From assembly GCA_037444445.1 (NCBI GenBank), contig JBBIMK010000002.1, forward strand, positions 90,001-122,000: a stretch of DNA of 32,000 nt. Reading direction: 5' to 3'. The translations under genes were made by a program, and so were the position numbers. Shown here piece after piece: positions 17,162-24,902 of this stretch; positions within the stretch are counted from its first letter, which is position 1, and the number at the start of each line of letters is the position of its first letter. The notes under the pieces are model-generated. The model was not told the origin of the DNA. It saw nothing but the letters and a program-made list of their open reading frames with translations, and ran no database searches. The DNA comes from a bacterium (lineage in GTDB: Bacteria > UBP7 > UBA6624 > JBBIMK01).

Positions 17162-17610
17162 TGAAAGATGAGAAACTGTTTATGCCGGGTCCCCCCAAAG
17201 AGGAGGAGATGAAACAGGGGAGGAGAATGTCTCGGATGGAGAAGCTTAACATTTTACTTATAAAATTAGAAAATAGACAAAAACTCCTCCAACGACTCTT
17301 AAATCCAACGCTGTCGTTGGAAGAAACCTCTTTGCTTCTCGGAGTGTCAAAAGGCACCTTGCGGCAGTATACCAACTTAAGGAAGCTCAGACACTTCCGA
17401 ACCCCCGGAGGTCAGAGGCGGTTTTACTTGCTGGATATTTTAGGATTCCTGGCAAAAAGGGATGGAGACATAGGAGACATACTTCAGGAAACAGAGAAGG
17501 CAATTCGGAGAGCCAAAAGCCGAATTCAAATAGTTGATGCGGTTAAAAAAAGGGAGAAACGGCGAGGGCGGCCACCCAAAAAGAGACTATCCGAGGGGAA
17601 ACTCTTTTAA
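17161..17610 (+). CDS. excisionase/MerR-type helix-turn-helix DNA-binding protein with a C-terminal AT-hook-like basic tail
   Basis: LSLEETSLLLGVSKGTLRQYTNLRKLRHFRTPGGQRRF matches the excisionase-family wHTH pattern. The C-terminus KREKRRGRPPKKR contains an RGRP AT-hook core. The start is uncertain: GTG at 17161 overlaps the acyP TAG by 1 nt, and in-frame ATGs lie at 17182, 17209, 17227 and 17236 near GGAGG-like sequences. Confidence 0.7.
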   Translation: MKDEKLFMPGPPKEEEMKQGRRMSRMEKLNILLIKLENRQKLLQRLLNPTLSLEETSLLLGVSKGTLRQYTNLRKLRHFRTPGGQRRFYLLDILGFLAKRDGDIGDILQETEKAIRRAKSRIQIVDAVKKREKRRGRPPKKRLSEGKLF

Positions 17611-17930
17611 ATTTTATTTTTTTCATAATTTTTGAGGGGGGAGAAGGGAAAGTAAGCACTACTCCCGGCGATTTTTGAAATTAAGATGTTTTTCCAAGAA
17701 CGAGCGTAAGGGGGGAAGGAGGCAGGGAAGATTTTTGGTTCGTATAATAGATATTATGTTAAATTATTTCGCCGCACCATTCTGACTTTAAGTCCCGGTT
17801 TATCTCTTGTAGGCTGATTCTGAATTTAAACTATAGCTTTCAATAAAATTAAAATGATGTGAGTCCTGGATAGGGTAAGGTATATCTTTGAGGCTTTTTG
17901 TAAAAATTAAGAGGTTATTCTGTCGGATTT

Positions 17931-18677
17931 TCAGGGTAAAGGTTTTTTCTCTAATCCGAGAACTTTTTTTTGCTCCTGAACAAGCATTTTAATACCCATC
18001 TTAGCCAGGGTTAGCATCTGCTGAAGTTCGTCTGGAGTATAAGGGCGTTTCTCTCCTGTTCCCTGGATGTCAACTATTTCTTCTTTATCTGTCATCACCA
18101 CATTTAAATCCACTTCTGCAACTGAGTCTTCCTCATAAGTCAGGTCCAGGTAGCACTGACTGTTCAGTATTCCTACACTGACTGCGGCTACCTGGTGTTG
18201 AATCACAGAGAGATGAGGCTCAATCAGATGTTCCTGCTTCATCCAGCGGATGGCATCCACCAGAGCGATGAATCCTGCGGTAATGGAAGCGGTGCGAGTG
18301 CCTCCGTCAGCCTGAATTACATCGGCATCTACCCAGAGAGTGCGTTCACCCAGGGCTTTCAGGTTTATTGCGGAGCGGAGAGAACGACCTATCAACCGCT
18401 GGATTTCCGCTGTTCTTCCCTCCACATGCCCACGGGTGACTTCCCGAACCTTACGCACTTGCGTGGAACGGGGAAGCATCCCATACTCTGCGGTTATCCA
18501 TCCTTCCCCGGTGCCCTTGAGAAATGGGGGCACCTTTTCTTCTATAGATGCTGAGCAAATCACTTTCGTATTCCCTATTTCCATATACGCAGACCCTTCT
18601 GCATACTTCAAGTATCCCTTTTCAATTTTGACTGGCCGTATCCCGGATAAGCCTCTACCATCCTTCCGGATAATCAT
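17931..18677 (-). CDS. rph: ribonuclease PH
   Basis: 248-aa ORF. RKDGRGLSGIRPVKIEKGYLKYAEGSAYMEIGNTKVICSASIEEKVPPFLKG...GWITAEYGMLPRST is a near-canonical RNase PH N-terminus. Its ATG overlaps the murI stop (ATGA). Confidence 0.95.
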   Translation of the reverse strand: MIIRKDGRGLSGIRPVKIEKGYLKYAEGSAYMEIGNTKVICSASIEEKVPPFLKGTGEGWITAEYGMLPRSTQVRKVREVTRGHVEGRTAEIQRLIGRSLRSAINLKALGERTLWVDADVIQADGGTRTASITAGFIALVDAIRWMKQEHLIEPHLSVIQHQVAAVSVGILNSQCYLDLTYEEDSVAEVDLNVVMTDKEEIVDIQGTGEKRPYTPDELQQMLTLAKMGIKMLVQEQKKVLGLEKKPLP

Positions 18678-19501
18678 AATGGGGCCTTTTCCAACGCCTC
18701 CGGAATGTTTATCACTTCCGGCTCGGGGATTTCATGCCCCCAAAAAAGGGAAGCCAGATGCTTAAACGAAGGGTTTGGGGCAGTAAGGGTGAAGCGGATT
18801 TCCCCTACCCTGTTTACTTTCTTAAAATGGTCCCGCTGGGAGAGGGTTCTGAAAACTTCTAATGCTGTTTCTTCAGCGGGGTCAACAATTTTCACATCTT
18901 CGCCTATGAAGCGGCGAATAAGAGGTTCTAAATAAGGGTAATGGGTGCACCCAAGAATAACCGTATCTACTGCCAATTTCCGCATTCGGGAAGAATACTT
19001 CTCAATGATTTCCAGAGATTCAGGGGAGGACCAATCCCCGCTTTCTACCAGGGGCACCCATTCGGGGCACGGGATGTCAAATAACGACACGGGCACCCCG
19101 ACTCTTTCAAAGCCCCGGGGGTACCCCTTAGATTTATAAGTTGCCCGTGTGAGGAAAATACCGATACGACGATTTTTAGACACCTTTAACGCCCCACGAA
19201 TTCCTGCCTGAACTACCCCGAATATAGGAATAGGAAAGTGTTTTTTTTGCGCTTCCTCCAGAGCCACCGAGGAGGATACATTGCAAGCCATGACAACGGC
19301 GGATGCGCCTCTCTGTATCAAAAACTGGACGATTTCCAGAGCGAACGCTTTCACCTCTTCAGGGTCTCGGTCGCCATAGGGTAGGTGTGCCACATCTCCA
19401 AAATAGTGGTAATTGAGGTGAGGAAGAAGAGTCAGAAGCGGTTTTAGAACCGTGATACCACCGACGCCAGAATCAAAAATTCCTATTTGTGGAAATTTCA
19501 C
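18674..19501 (-). CDS. murI: glutamate racemase
   Basis: IGIFDSGVGGITVLK and the two catalytic-Cys regions (ACNVSS, GCTHYP) are present. I trimmed the start to the GTG at 19501 (VKFPQIGIFDSG) with the purine-rich SD GGAAGGGGGG upstream. The longer tracked ORF runs into the tmRNA gene. Confidence 0.88.
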   Translation of the reverse strand: MKFPQIGIFDSGVGGITVLKPLLTLLPHLNYHYFGDVAHLPYGDRDPEEVKAFALEIVQFLIQRGASAVVMACNVSSSVALEEAQKKHFPIPIFGVVQAGIRGALKVSKNRRIGIFLTRATYKSKGYPRGFERVGVPVSLFDIPCPEWVPLVESGDWSSPESLEIIEKYSSRMRKLAVDTVILGCTHYPYLEPLIRRFIGEDVKIVDPAEETALEVFRTLSQRDHFKKVNRVGEIRFTLTAPNPSFKHLASLFWGHEIPEPEVINIPEALEKAPL

Positions 19502-19625
19502 GAAATCCCCCCTTCCAATGACAAAAGCATTTTTTGACCTTCTACCTGTAAGTGTATCACAACGATTCAACTTTCGCTTAGAATTTGCAAGAAAGTTTAT
19601 TTGCGAAGAGCAGGTTAAAGATAAC

Positions 19626-19968
19626 TGGTGGAGGCGGCGGGACTCGAACCCGCGTCCAGAGAGAGCGTTCACCCGGCACCTACAGGTTTAGCCCGGGTAT
19701 GAGTCTCATTCCTGCCCTACCCCACAGGCAGGCGTAGCAGGAACCAGCCCGCTTGTACCGCCCGAAGTTATGCAGGCGGTTTCGCTCCGGGGGACCGGTC
19801 GTTTCAGCACCCTTCCCCGCTCCACCGGTGTCTGCGAGGAGGGTGTGCTACCTGCTTTTAGGCAGCGAGTGCGTAGTTGGCACTTCTTTTTTGCCACCGC
19901 TTTCGGCGGGTAGCCCACCGACCTGCTCCAGAGTGAACTCCTTCCCTCTGTCGACTCCAGTCGCCCCC
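19626..19968 (-). ncRNA. ssrA: transfer-messenger RNA (tmRNA, SsrA), one-piece
   Basis: - The minus strand begins GGGGGCGACTGGAGTCGACAG and ends GGACGCGGGTTCGAGTCCCGCCGCCTCCACCA.
- The acceptor stem has the G3:U pair, the T arm is canonical, and CCA is encoded.
- Predicted tag ORF: GCC AAC TAC GCA CTC GCT GCC TAA (19858-19881), encoding ANYALAA, preceded by the A-rich CAAAAAAGAAGT as in other tmRNAs. Confidence 0.93.
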
Positions 19969-19970
19969 AC

Positions 19971-20444
19971 TTATTTTCCTTTTCGCTTCTCACGAAAAGA
20001 TTTCTTCAAGGCTCTTTCTATTTCTCGTTTCTGCTCCCGCTCCAGGATCTGCCGTCGTCGGTCATACTCTCGTTTTCCTCTCGCCAGCCCCAGCAGAACC
20101 TTTGCGTAGCCATTTTTAATATACACCTCCAGGGGCACCAGTGTCAACCCCTTTTCCCTTATTTTTCCCTGCAGGCGAACAATTTCGCCTTTATTCAAAA
20201 GCAATTTCCTCACACGCCCTGGAGTCCTGGAACTGTAAGAATCAAAAGAATAGGGCGCGATGTGCATGTTAAAAAGATAAACCTCCTCATCTTGAATCCG
20301 AGCCAGGCTATCCTTGATACTCACCGCCCCTTGCCGAACGGATTTCATCTCGCTTCCCTTCAGCACAATCCCTGCTTCATATTCCTCCAGAATCTCAAAA
20401 TTGAACCGAGCCTTCGGGTTTGTAGCCACAACTTTTTTCCCCAT
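19971..20444 (-). CDS. smpB: SsrA-binding protein SmpB
   Basis: 157-aa ORF. NPKARFNFEILEEYEAGIVLKGSEMKSVRQG...LFNMHIAPY...RKLLLNKGEI and a basic C-terminal tail are typical of SmpB. The TAA stop lies 2 nt before tmRNA nucleotide 1. Confidence 0.95.
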   Translation of the reverse strand: MGKKVVATNPKARFNFEILEEYEAGIVLKGSEMKSVRQGAVSIKDSLARIQDEEVYLFNMHIAPYSFDSYSSRTPGRVRKLLLNKGEIVRLQGKIREKGLTLVPLEVYIKNGYAKVLLGLARGKREYDRRRQILEREQKREIERALKKSFREKRKGK

Positions 20445-20452
20445 CTTAATCC

Positions 20453-20461
20453 ATTATATCA
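20453..20461 (-). promoter_or_regulatory. extended -10 promoter element (TGATATAAT) immediately upstream of smpB
   Basis: The minus strand reads TGATATAAT, followed by only 8 nt (GGATTAAG) before the smpB ATG, with no SD. This implies a leaderless or near-leaderless transcript. Confidence 0.45.
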
Positions 20462-20649
20462 CCTGCCTTATCAACAGGAAAAGAGGACGCCTGCTGTATA
20501 ATAATAATGGTGTTTTATGAAGATTTTATGTTAAGCCACCATAGAGGGGAAGCAGATTGGCGACCCGGCTACGAACATTTCCGAGGATGTGTAATACAGG
20601 CGGGGAGGAAAATCCATCGCCCACATTTTCACAAAAAGGCGTCCGTATA

Positions 20650-21117
20650 ATGCAGGATAAGCGGCCCGTCCCTCGAAAGAAACGAATTCTTTTTGTGTGT
20701 ATCGGAAACTCCTGCCGAAGTCAGATGGCAGAAGGTTTTGCCAGGGCTTTCCTCGGAGACTCCTGTGATGTTTATAGTGCAGGTTCCAGGCCTGCCGGTT
20801 TTATCGCTTTAGAAACCATTCAGGTGATGCGGGAAAAAGGTGTGGACATTTCAGGTCAATATTCCAAGGGGTTAAGTGAGATTCCAAAGGGTGCTTACGA
20901 TGCTGTGGTGACGATGGGTTGTGGAGATGCCTGTCCCCACATCCCTGGTAGAATTCGTCAGGACTGGTCGATTCCTGACCCGATTGGATGTGATATTTCT
21001 GTTTATCGTCAAGTTCGGGACCTCATTGAGAAAAAGGTTCGTTCTCTCCTTTCCCTTATGACTGAGGCGGAGAGCGATACATCCTCCGCTTCTGGCTCTG
21101 GACAGGGGTATCTTTAG
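20650..21117 (+). CDS. low-molecular-weight phosphotyrosine phosphatase / thioredoxin-coupled arsenate reductase (ArsC, LMW-PTP fold)
   Basis: It has the CX5R P-loop ILFVCIGNSCRSQMAEG and a downstream Cys pair, GCGDACP, resembling the Cys82/Cys89 relay of Gram-positive-type ArsC. I trimmed the start to the ATG at 20650. The tracked TTG at 20557 adds 31 non-homologous residues. Confidence 0.75.
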   Translation: MQDKRPVPRKKRILFVCIGNSCRSQMAEGFARAFLGDSCDVYSAGSRPAGFIALETIQVMREKGVDISGQYSKGLSEIPKGAYDAVVTMGCGDACPHIPGRIRQDWSIPDPIGCDISVYRQVRDLIEKKVRSLLSLMTEAESDTSSASGSGQGYL

Positions 21118-21186
21118 TTAACCAGCCGGGTTTTGAGAGGCTCTTATTTACTCTACCCGCCCCATTTCTGGTATAGTAATAAGGGT

Positions 21187-23412
21187 ATGCCCACACTTAA
21201 AGAGCGATTAGCAAATGTCAGTATGACTCGTGAGGAATATGAGCGGGCAATGAACCTTCTGGGAAGAATGCCTAATGAAGTGGAACTGGGAATGATAGGC
21301 TCATTATGGAGTGAGCATTGCTCTTATAAATCTTCCCGAGTTCATCTGCGTCTTTTACCCACTCAGGCTTCCTGGGTGGCGCAGGGTCCTGGTGAGAATG
21401 CCGGTGCAGTGGACATTGGGGATGGCTGGCTGGTGGTGTTCAAGATGGAGAGTCACAACCATCCCAGCGCAGTGGAGCCATACCAGGGAGCGGCTACGGG
21501 CATTGGAGGAATTATCCGGGATATTCTGGCATTGGGCGCTCGTCCTATCGCTCTTCTGGATTCTCTCCGCTTTGGACCTCTGTCGGAACCCCGGAATCGT
21601 TACCTTTTTAGTGGGGTCGTTTCTGGCATCGCGGATTACGGTAATTGTGTCGGGATTCCGACCGTGGGTGGAGAAATCTACTTTGACTCTTCCTATTCCA
21701 GGAATCCTCTCGTAAATGTGATGTGTGTGGGCGTGGTTCGCAAAGAAAAGATGATGAGTTCTAAAGCCAGAGGGGTGGGCAATCCATTGCTTTTAATCGG
21801 TGCTACCACTGGACGAGACGGGATTCACGGCGCCAGCGGGCTGGCTTCAGCAGAATTAGGGAAAGAGGAAGAAGAGAAACGTCCCACGGTTCAAGTGGGA
21901 GACCCTTTCCGAAAAAAAACGCTTATTGAAGCCATCCTGGAAATACTGGAAGAAGTGAGTGTGGTAGCGGTTCAGGATATGGGAGCGGCCGGGCTCACCA
22001 GCGCCGCCGCCGAGATGGCTTCAAAAGGTAGATGCGGTATCCAGATTTCCCTCCCTTCTATCCCTCTGCGAACACACCCCATGTTGCCCTATGAAATTAT
22101 GCTCTCTGAATCCCAGGAACGGATGCTTCTTCTCGTTCGTAAGGGAGAAGAAAAGAAAGCCCTGCAAATTGCCCGAAAATGGGGGCTGGAAGCCAGCGTC
22201 ATCGGAAGTGTTATTTCATCGCCGGTGATGCGAGTCGTTGAGAACTCTCGTATCCATGCTGAAATCCCTGTTCGTCTTCTAACAGAAGATATGCCAGTAT
22301 ATCATCGACCGATGAAGAAACCCCGTTATCTCGGGCAAGTTCAGAGGTTTGATATGGAGAGCATTCCACTGCCCGTGAATGCTGAGGAAACTCTTTATCG
22401 TTTATTGTCCAGCCCCACCCTTGCTTGCAAAAAATGGGTGTATCGCCAATATGACCACATGGTTCAGACTCAATGCATACGCCTTCCCGGGAGTGACTCT
22501 GCTATTCTTCGCCTGAAAGAAACTGATAAAGCCATTGCAGTGACCACAGATGGGAATGGAACCTATTGTTATTTGGACCCGCTGGAGGGTGGAAAATTAG
22601 CAGTTTGCGAATCTGCACGGAATCTCTCTGCCGTGGGTGCTTGCCCTCTCGGCATTACGGATTGCTTGAACTTTGGAAACCCTGAAGACCCAGAAATCAT
22701 GTGGCAGTTTCGGGAAGTCGTGAAGGGAATTGCGGAGGCTGCGAGGTATCTAAATGTTCCAGTGGTGAGCGGGAATGTGAGTTTTTATAACGAAAGCCCC
22801 CTGGGCGCTGTGGACCCGACTCCGGTTATTGGCATGGTGGGTGTCGTGGAAGATTTATCCCGTTCACTGAAGCCAGGCTTCAAAGAAGCGGGCGACTGGA
22901 TTTGCGTGGCGGGGCCTACCTCTTACGACATTGGCGGAAGTGAGTATCTCAAGTTCTGTCACGGCTTAAAGAGAGGTAAGCCACCCCGGGTAAATTTGGA
23001 AGTTGAAAGAAGGGTTCAAAACGCCATTCGCAAAGGAATCCGGCGTGGGCTTTTCCACTCCGTAAAAGATATTTCTGAGGGCGGATTGGCAGTAGCACTT
23101 TTGGAAGAGTTATCCTTTGGCTCCCTTGGAGCACAACTCACTGCTCTTCCTTCACTGAAAACGACAAATCCTCGCTGGGATTTTTTTCTGTTCAGTGAGG
23201 CTCCTTCTCGTTTCCTGATTACCGTTCCACACTCCAGGCTGAAGTTTATCCAAAGATTTTTTCAATCTTCCAAAATTTCTTTCTCTGTTCTTGGGCAGGT
23301 AACAGATAAATTCGTGCTTTCCTTCAAGCCCTGGAAAGTGCAAGTCCCTCTGGATTCTCTTTTACACCACTGGAGAAATGCTTTAATGCAGCCCTATGGT
23401 GAGACATCATGA
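21187..23412 (+). CDS. purL: phosphoribosylformylglycinamidine synthase subunit PurL (FGAM synthase II)
   Basis: [47 protein letters not shown] and GNVSFYNES are PurL hallmarks. With the ATG at 21187 the protein is 741 aa, the normal small-PurL size. Confidence 0.93.
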   Translation: MPTLKERLANVSMTREEYERAMNLLGRMPNEVELGMIGSLWSEHCSYKSSRVHLRLLPTQASWVAQGPGENAGAVDIGDGWLVVFKMESHNHPSAVEPYQGAATGIGGIIRDILALGARPIALLDSLRFGPLSEPRNRYLFSGVVSGIADYGNCVGIPTVGGEIYFDSSYSRNPLVNVMCVGVVRKEKMMSSKARGVGNPLLLIGATTGRDGIHGASGLASAELGKEEEEKRPTVQVGDPFRKKTLIEAILEILEEVSVVAVQDMGAAGLTSAAAEMASKGRCGIQISLPSIPLRTHPMLPYEIMLSESQERMLLLVRKGEEKKALQIARKWGLEASVIGSVISSPVMRVVENSRIHAEIPVRLLTEDMPVYHRPMKKPRYLGQVQRFDMESIPLPVNAEETLYRLLSSPTLACKKWVYRQYDHMVQTQCIRLPGSDSAILRLKETDKAIAVTTDGNGTYCYLDPLEGGKLAVCESARNLSAVGACPLGITDCLNFGNPEDPEIMWQFREVVKGIAEAARYLNVPVVSGNVSFYNESPLGAVDPTPVIGMVGVVEDLSRSLKPGFKEAGDWICVAGPTSYDIGGSEYLKFCHGLKRGKPPRVNLEVERRVQNAIRKGIRRGLFHSVKDISEGGLAVALLEELSFGSLGAQLTALPSLKTTNPRWDFFLFSEAPSRFLITVPHSRLKFIQRFFQSSKISFSVLGQVTDKFVLSFKPWKVQVPLDSLLHHWRNALMQPYGETS

Positions 23413-24902
23413 AAAAAGCGCTTCGGTGGGCACATCATATCCTGCATGTTTTTTCCCTGATTGTGGTCTGCATCACGGATTTCCTTGTTTTACTGCTAAC
23501 TGTCGCAACCATGCTTTTTTTCTCTTATATGCTCACACTGGCTCTTACCACTATTTGGCCCATATTTCAGCCTTCCTTTTATTACATAGATGCCATCATT
23601 TTTCTGCTTTCTTTTTTTATCACGGTAGACCCGCTTCAGAAAGGTTTTTTATTACTTTACTTATGGAAGCGTAATAAGCAAATCCATTTTAGTCGTAACA
23701 GAATGGCCGAGCTTCCTCAATTCATTGAGCGTGTATCGGCACGGCTCAATGCAGTGCAAAATGAAATTTCCCGGCTACGGGCTAAAATCAGTGCGCTGGA
23801 AAAGGAAGCCAGGAAAGAAGGGCAGTTACTGGTGACTCACAAAGCCATCGCCAGATGGTCAGAGCCCGAACTTAAGCGCTGGTTATTCACCGTTTTTGAG
23901 CAGGATGGATACCATATTTCGCTTCCCCAGAAATCCCGGGAACGAGGAGAAGAATGGCAGTTGCAGAAAAACAACAAACGGGTGACTTTATTCGTGAAAT
24001 GGTCAGAAAAGCGTTTGGATATAGAAGATATTCAGCCCGCTTGCGAAAGCAAAAAGAGAAACCCCGGCACGGAGTACTGGTTGGTTTCCAATCGCTCCTG
24101 GAAAACTGGAGTCTGGGAAACTGCTCTAAAATCTGGAATCCGTCTGATTTCGCTTAGCGACCTGCTGTCTTCTTATCAGGGTTATCAGATTCATCTTCAG
24201 GTAGTGGAGCCTCGTAAAAAACTCCAGAGTTTACTCCCGGAACGAAAACAATTGATGACACAACTGAACACTCTGAACTGGGAATTGGAAATCCTGTCAG
24301 AGGATGATAACCTTTCTCCGCACAGGAAAGCCGCTTATAGAGACCTGCTTCGCATGTGGCTATATTGGTTGCAATTTAATCTCCCGCGCATCACCAATAT
24401 TCTGAGATGGGGAATCAAAGAAATTCGCCGGGGGAAAGTGGACCGGGTCAAATCCTTTGGAGATTTTATGCTCTTCCGCTCTCCAGGTTCTGCCCATGCA
24501 CGCATATTATTGACTCTCCTCTTTCTTTATCAGGGGAAATACAACTCTGCAATCCAGCAAATTGTAGAGACTCTGCACAATCCGATGAAACCCCGGGAGT
24601 CGGAAAAGATGTATGAACTGACGCTTTTTGTCCTTCAGGATTTTCAGAAGCAAGCCAGGGAAAAATATAAAGAGGCGCGTTTATCCCGTGCTCAGGGGCA
24701 AATGGAAGTTGCTCTAAAAATTCTTTCTGACGCTATTCGCCTGGACCCCCGAATTCAGTATAAAGCCTTGAATGACCCGGCGTTCGCCAGTCTGCGTAAC
24801 ACCCAGGCTTTCCGCCGTGCTCTGGGAGAAGGGCGAATTGCCTGGTGTCAATTTATGGAAAATTACTTGTGGGGAAAGAAATCATCGTGCCAGAAAATCT
24901 AA
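23409..24902 (+). CDS. hypothetical membrane protein: N-terminal TM helices, coiled coil, degenerate Mrr-like (PD-(D/E)xK fold) domain, C-terminal TPR-like repeats
   Basis: 497-aa ORF whose ATG overlaps the purL TGA (ATGA at 23409-23412).
- aa 10-85 are hydrophobic, forming 2-3 TM helices.
- aa 100-140 show a heptad-like coiled coil.
- aa 150-256 ([16 protein letters not shown]...RGEEWQL...VTLFVKW...[32 protein letters not shown]) follow the Mrr_cat secondary-structure and residue pattern.
- The C-terminus ([40 protein letters not shown]) is TPR-like. Confidence 0.6.
   Translation: MKKALRWAHHILHVFSLIVVCITDFLVLLLTVATMLFFSYMLTLALTTIWPIFQPSFYYIDAIIFLLSFFITVDPLQKGFLLLYLWKRNKQIHFSRNRMAELPQFIERVSARLNAVQNEISRLRAKISALEKEARKEGQLLVTHKAIARWSEPELKRWLFTVFEQDGYHISLPQKSRERGEEWQLQKNNKRVTLFVKWSEKRLDIEDIQPACESKKRNPGTEYWLVSNRSWKTGVWETALKSGIRLISLSDLLSSYQGYQIHLQVVEPRKKLQSLLPERKQLMTQLNTLNWELEILSEDDNLSPHRKAAYRDLLRMWLYWLQFNLPRITNILRWGIKEIRRGKVDRVKSFGDFMLFRSPGSAHARILLTLLFLYQGKYNSAIQQIVETLHNPMKPRESEKMYELTLFVLQDFQKQAREKYKEARLSRAQGQMEVALKILSDAIRLDPRIQYKALNDPAFASLRNTQAFRRALGEGRIAWCQFMENYLWGKKSSCQKI

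Noticed and set aside
19502-19625. AT-rich 7-bp hairpin (AACTTTC ... GAAAGTT, 15-nt loop) downstream of the tmRNA 3' end, considered as a terminator. I also considered candidate murI promoter hexamers here.
   Set aside because: The stem is short and AT-rich with a large loop and no U tract. No -35/-10 pair with acceptable spacing was found. This is too weak to annotate.
19502-19672. N-terminal extension of the murI ORF (MNALSGRGFESRRLHQLS...).
   Set aside because: The GFESRRL peptide is the read-through signature of a T-arm. This stretch is the 3' end of the tmRNA gene plus spacer. MurI homology starts at the GTG at 19501, which has an SD.
20557-20649. TTG-initiated 31-codon extension of the ArsC/LMW-PTP ORF. 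I also noticed a GGGGAAGCAG string that recalled SRP RNA domain IV.
   Set aside because: LMW-PTP/ArsC proteins start a few residues before the CX5R loop, and the extension has no homology. The SRP-like string lacks the conserved GGUCCGGAAGGAAGCAGCC context and any long helix, so I make no 4.5S RNA call.
21133-21186. TTG-initiated 18-codon extension of purL.
   Set aside because: With the ATG at 21187, PurL has its normal length and N-terminus. The extension ([18 protein letters not shown]) is not PurL-like.
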